A stretch of DNA of 64,000 nt. Source: Neoechinorhynchus agilis. Taxonomy: Eukaryota > Animalia > Acanthocephala. Shown piece by piece: positions 60,700-64,000 of the stretch. A program made the position numbers and the translations under genes. The stretch's first letter is position 1. The number at the start of each line of letters is the position of its first letter. Location: the NCBI GenBank assembly GCA_051530055.1, contig CM121341.1, positions 16,842,784 to 16,906,783 of the forward strand, given 5' to 3'. The notes under the pieces were generated by a model that was given only the letters and a program-made list of their open reading frames with translations, was not told the DNA's origin and ran no database searches.

Positions 60700-63600
60700 T
60701 CAAATGGATACTAAACTGATAGACAGTGGAAATCTCAATGTCGTGGCGATTCAACGATAATAATCGATTTATTCGAAAACGAACCACGTAGCATAATAAA
60801 CTGTGGAGATTGTTAGGACGCACAGCCTAAGTAGTCCTTGGAAATGTCGATCCATTTTTTCCGCGGCCCAGTGAGGGAACTTGACGGGAGAGAGAACCGT
60901 TGAGTTGATGAGAGAGAGAACGTTGAACGATTGAGTTGATGAGAGAGAGAACGTTGACCTTGACGAGAGAGAACGTTGTCGAGAGAGAGAACGTTGGTCG
61001 AGAGAATTATAAAAAATCGAGAATCGGAATTATAAAAATGCATAAACTCCCTGATTTTACGTTTACCTAAAACCGACCTAGATTTAAGAATAAATTTTGT
61101 TTTCGTAGCATTTAAAGAAAGTCCCATACGAGAAAGTGAGTTTTGTAAAAAATAAATTAAGGACTTGACCTTATAAAGAGCGGAGACATAGTTAGATTCC
61201 TGAATTACAGCTGTAAGATCATCGGCGTAAATTGTAAGTGAACGGCAGACAGAACAATTCTGAATAGGATATTGGGACGCTAGACAAAATAAAATTGGCG
61301 ATAATGGAGATCCCTGGGGAAGACCACGCGTTAGGAAATAACAGAGCTGGGTGGGGTCATCCTGAAAAAGAAAACGATCTAGAAATAAGGATATTATTTA
61401 CACGGGCGATTATGTTGACGGGGAAGTTAAAAGACCTTAAAATGTTTATCACAAACTCGATATTTATGTTATCGAATGTTTTATGAATGTCAAAAGTTAG
61501 AAGAATATTCATCGAATGAGGGTTGGAGGAGAAGTTATCTATGATTTCCTTGATTGCCGTATGTACGGATCTTTCTGGTAGAAAGCCGTGACAGCGATTG
61601 TCTATGCAATTGTGCTCCAGGGATGATTTTAAAATGAAACGAGAGAGAGCTCGCTCGTAAATGGAAACGAAGGAATTTTGAATGGAAATAGGCCTGACAT
61701 CGCTAGGCGAGTTAACGGATTTACGTCGATTCTTTATAAGGAAAATTCGCTTGGCCATGTTGATCTGAGGCCATTGCTCGGGAGAAGACCAAATCATACG
61801 TTGAGCCAGATGAATTATATTGCGTTGATGTAAAACATTAGTAGCTTTGAAAGGTAAGCAAAAGCCGTTGTTAGAAGATAGGTTTTTTGATGGCCAACAA
61901 TTAACGACATCGCCTGACTTTAGATCCAATCTCCTACTAAATAAAGGGATAAAATCGAGCGTTGGGGTAGAGGACACACACCCTTGGGAGTGCTCAGAGA
62001 TAAGGGATTCAATTACTTTATCGAACCCCGTTCTTTTAATCCATGAACCAGAGGCCGTTCGCCACGGACGACATCGCTGCTGAGATATGGTCTTCCACCA
62101 GGGCGACGAACAAGGCTTAAGCGAGGAAAGTCTTTTGGTGTCCTGACTTAGCTGAGAACGGGCCCTACAAGGCCAATATAAATATGCCCAGAATTTAACC
62201 GATGCCTTGTCGCCACGCGCTTTGGCCCCATGGAGCTCCTTTCCGTATAGAGACAGAAGTTTAGGTTTCTTTAATCCAGGATACGAGCGTTGGACTGTGG
62301 TAAGAAACGAAATACTATTGCTAGATAGAAATTCATTAATTTCCTTAAGAGAGGCGTTTTTGCAGTAACTGCTGTAAAATTCGAAGCCGTAGTTAAAAAG
62401 ATTGATGTTGAGAACCGATAATTTAAATCTTTTGTTGAGTAGCACGTTTTTATCGAAGCTCCAAACAATTAGGTCGTGCCCCGAAAGCCGGAAAAGGTAA
62501 GATTGTGAGACGACTGGTGGCTTGAAGGGGCAGGTTCTCTTATAGAAACAAATATCCAAATATGAGTAGTAGGACGGACTGGCTGCAAAAGTGGGATGTG
62601 GTGGAAAAATAAGGTCGTGGAATTCGGTGGATCGGCTAATAGCTTTGACCCATTTATGAGAAGGGTCGTAAAAATCTCCGAAGAGCATGTCCACTCCGGA
62701 ATCGAGCAGATTTTTAAGAATTTGTTTAGTCCGATGCAGGTGAATTTTCCGGGGCCTAACATATATATTACAAATTAAAATTTTCGTTCCAGCGTAGCGC
62801 ACGGAAAAGATGGAATAAGACAGGTCAGGGGAAGTGAATTCTGAACGCTTGAGCGAATAAAGAGAAGCTTTAAAAACGGAACGTAACCCTTGGGAGTGAT
62901 TGGAAATAGGAGGAGTTAAAAAGGGTGCATAATTCACGGGAAGATTAACTGCTAAAAGGTTCGAGGAATAAAGCGACTTTGTCTATTGTAATAAAATAAT
63001 AATGTCGCTATTTACAATTTCGGATTGTAATCTGGGAATTCCCACTCGCCCACCTGAATTCCACTGTACCAATCTCAAGCCTGGATCAATGCTCAACTTA
63101 CCTTTCACGTTCATCGGGGTCTGCCCTTTTGTTTGCTGGCCGAATAACGTTTTGCTTCGGCACCAACTAGTATTTGATCATCTAGTATCTTCGTTTGTTC
63201 AGCGGTTATCCTTTTGACGAACATCTCGTTATCCGCCATGTCGATATCCGTAGAGGAGTCGATTGTAGTGTCCGTTGTGTGTGCTATTTTTACTCTCTTC
63301 TTTGGCGCAATGGAACAAGGTGGACTATATGATTCGACACGATTTAAACTGCATTGAATTGCAGTCATCATAGACTCGAAGTGCTTTGAAAGCCGTGTTT
63401 CAAGATGTTGAATGGCTGTATTGATCCGCAGATCTACCATTTTTATGACCTTGGCTGTGAATTCAGAAAATTGGGCTTCTAATGGCGAAGCAACTTTCTT
63501 GTTGGTGCTGTTTGATGGAGACGGATCCGGTCGAATGATTTCCCGCAACGTAGCAGGACGTTGAAAGGAGGCTGAAGGTCGTTGGTGCCAGGCGGTGTCA

Positions 63601-64000
63601 GGGGTTGTCTTTTTTAAAACTTGGTGTTGCGACCATATTTCATACTTCTTGTTTTCCGGGCATGACCTTGCAAAAGCGTAATGACTTGCTTGACCGCAGT
63701 TGGCACATAATTTCGCCGATTTGGGGCATTTTTCGCTACAGTGATTTTGAGCACGGTACGGACAAACGATAGATTTGTTTGGACATTTCTGTGACCAGCG
63801 GCCTCATTTTTGACATCCGCTGCATCGCGGGAAATGAAAATCGTCCTGATTAGATATATCATTGGAAAGGAATTTAACTTCTACTCCTTGAAAAAAACAT
63901 CGTTGAACTGTAAGTTCATTTCTTGTGTCCACGTTGGCCTTAAAAACTGCTCTCGGTATAGGTTTGCCGTTTTTTTTTGACTTCAGGAAAAAAGAATCTG
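60700..64000 (-). mobile_element. Non-LTR retrotransposon B (same lineage as A, highly diverged), decayed; continues beyond the window
   Basis: Knuckles CSGCQK*GRWSQKC and CANCGQASHYAFARSC in frame with 63111..63548; ORF2 MNVK..LVQWNSGG..ILLQ*TKS from 63114; RPISIQN, HGFLPERS, then frameshifted PQGSPLSPILF, YADD, YLG. Confidence 0.92.
60890..61006. repeat. (GA)n-GAACGTTG minisatellite inside element B ORF2
   Basis: Five to six copies of gagagagaacgttg with variable spacers. Confidence 0.9.

Noticed and set aside
60890-61006. CRISPR-like repeat-spacer pattern
   Set aside because: Eukaryotic context, very short degenerate spacers, no cas genes; it is a minisatellite.
390-63840. Alternative genetic code (stop readthrough) suggested by in-frame stops in the retroelements
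   Set aside because: Host genes use TAA, TAG and TGA as normal stops; the element stops are consistent with point mutations (GAG>TAG, TGG>TGA).

Overview
Gene-dense window from a compact eukaryotic genome. The gene set (MCFD2, SLC41, MAPKBP1/WDR62, ZIP9, SLC17, Yippee, eRF3, EHD, RPL28, ALR, TERB2-like) points to an invertebrate metazoan, but the species cannot be determined from this sequence. Most host genes are intronless or carry short (about 44-60 nt) canonical GT-AG introns. Retroelements: two diverged APE-RT non-LTR elements at the window ends, a decayed CRE-type element plus a second fragment, several hairpin/MITE-like repeats, and a 10-kb Penelope palindrome (tandem dimer mirrored head-to-head) bounded by a 12-bp direct repeat, with four hammerhead ribozymes. 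The most striking signal is a set of three unrelated insertions, each with mutually complementary ends, interrupting conserved motifs of eRF3, ZIP9 and SLC41. In eRF3 the conserved protein is restored only by removing GT...GG (not GT...AG); in ZIP9 the same GT...GG cut (or an equivalent TA-bounded cut) restores it. This suggests a structure-defined non-canonical intron class or a precise excision system. Also notable: an ICT1/mL62 homologue apparently lacking the catalytic GGQ motif. All identifications come from motif recognition by eye; no database searches were run.
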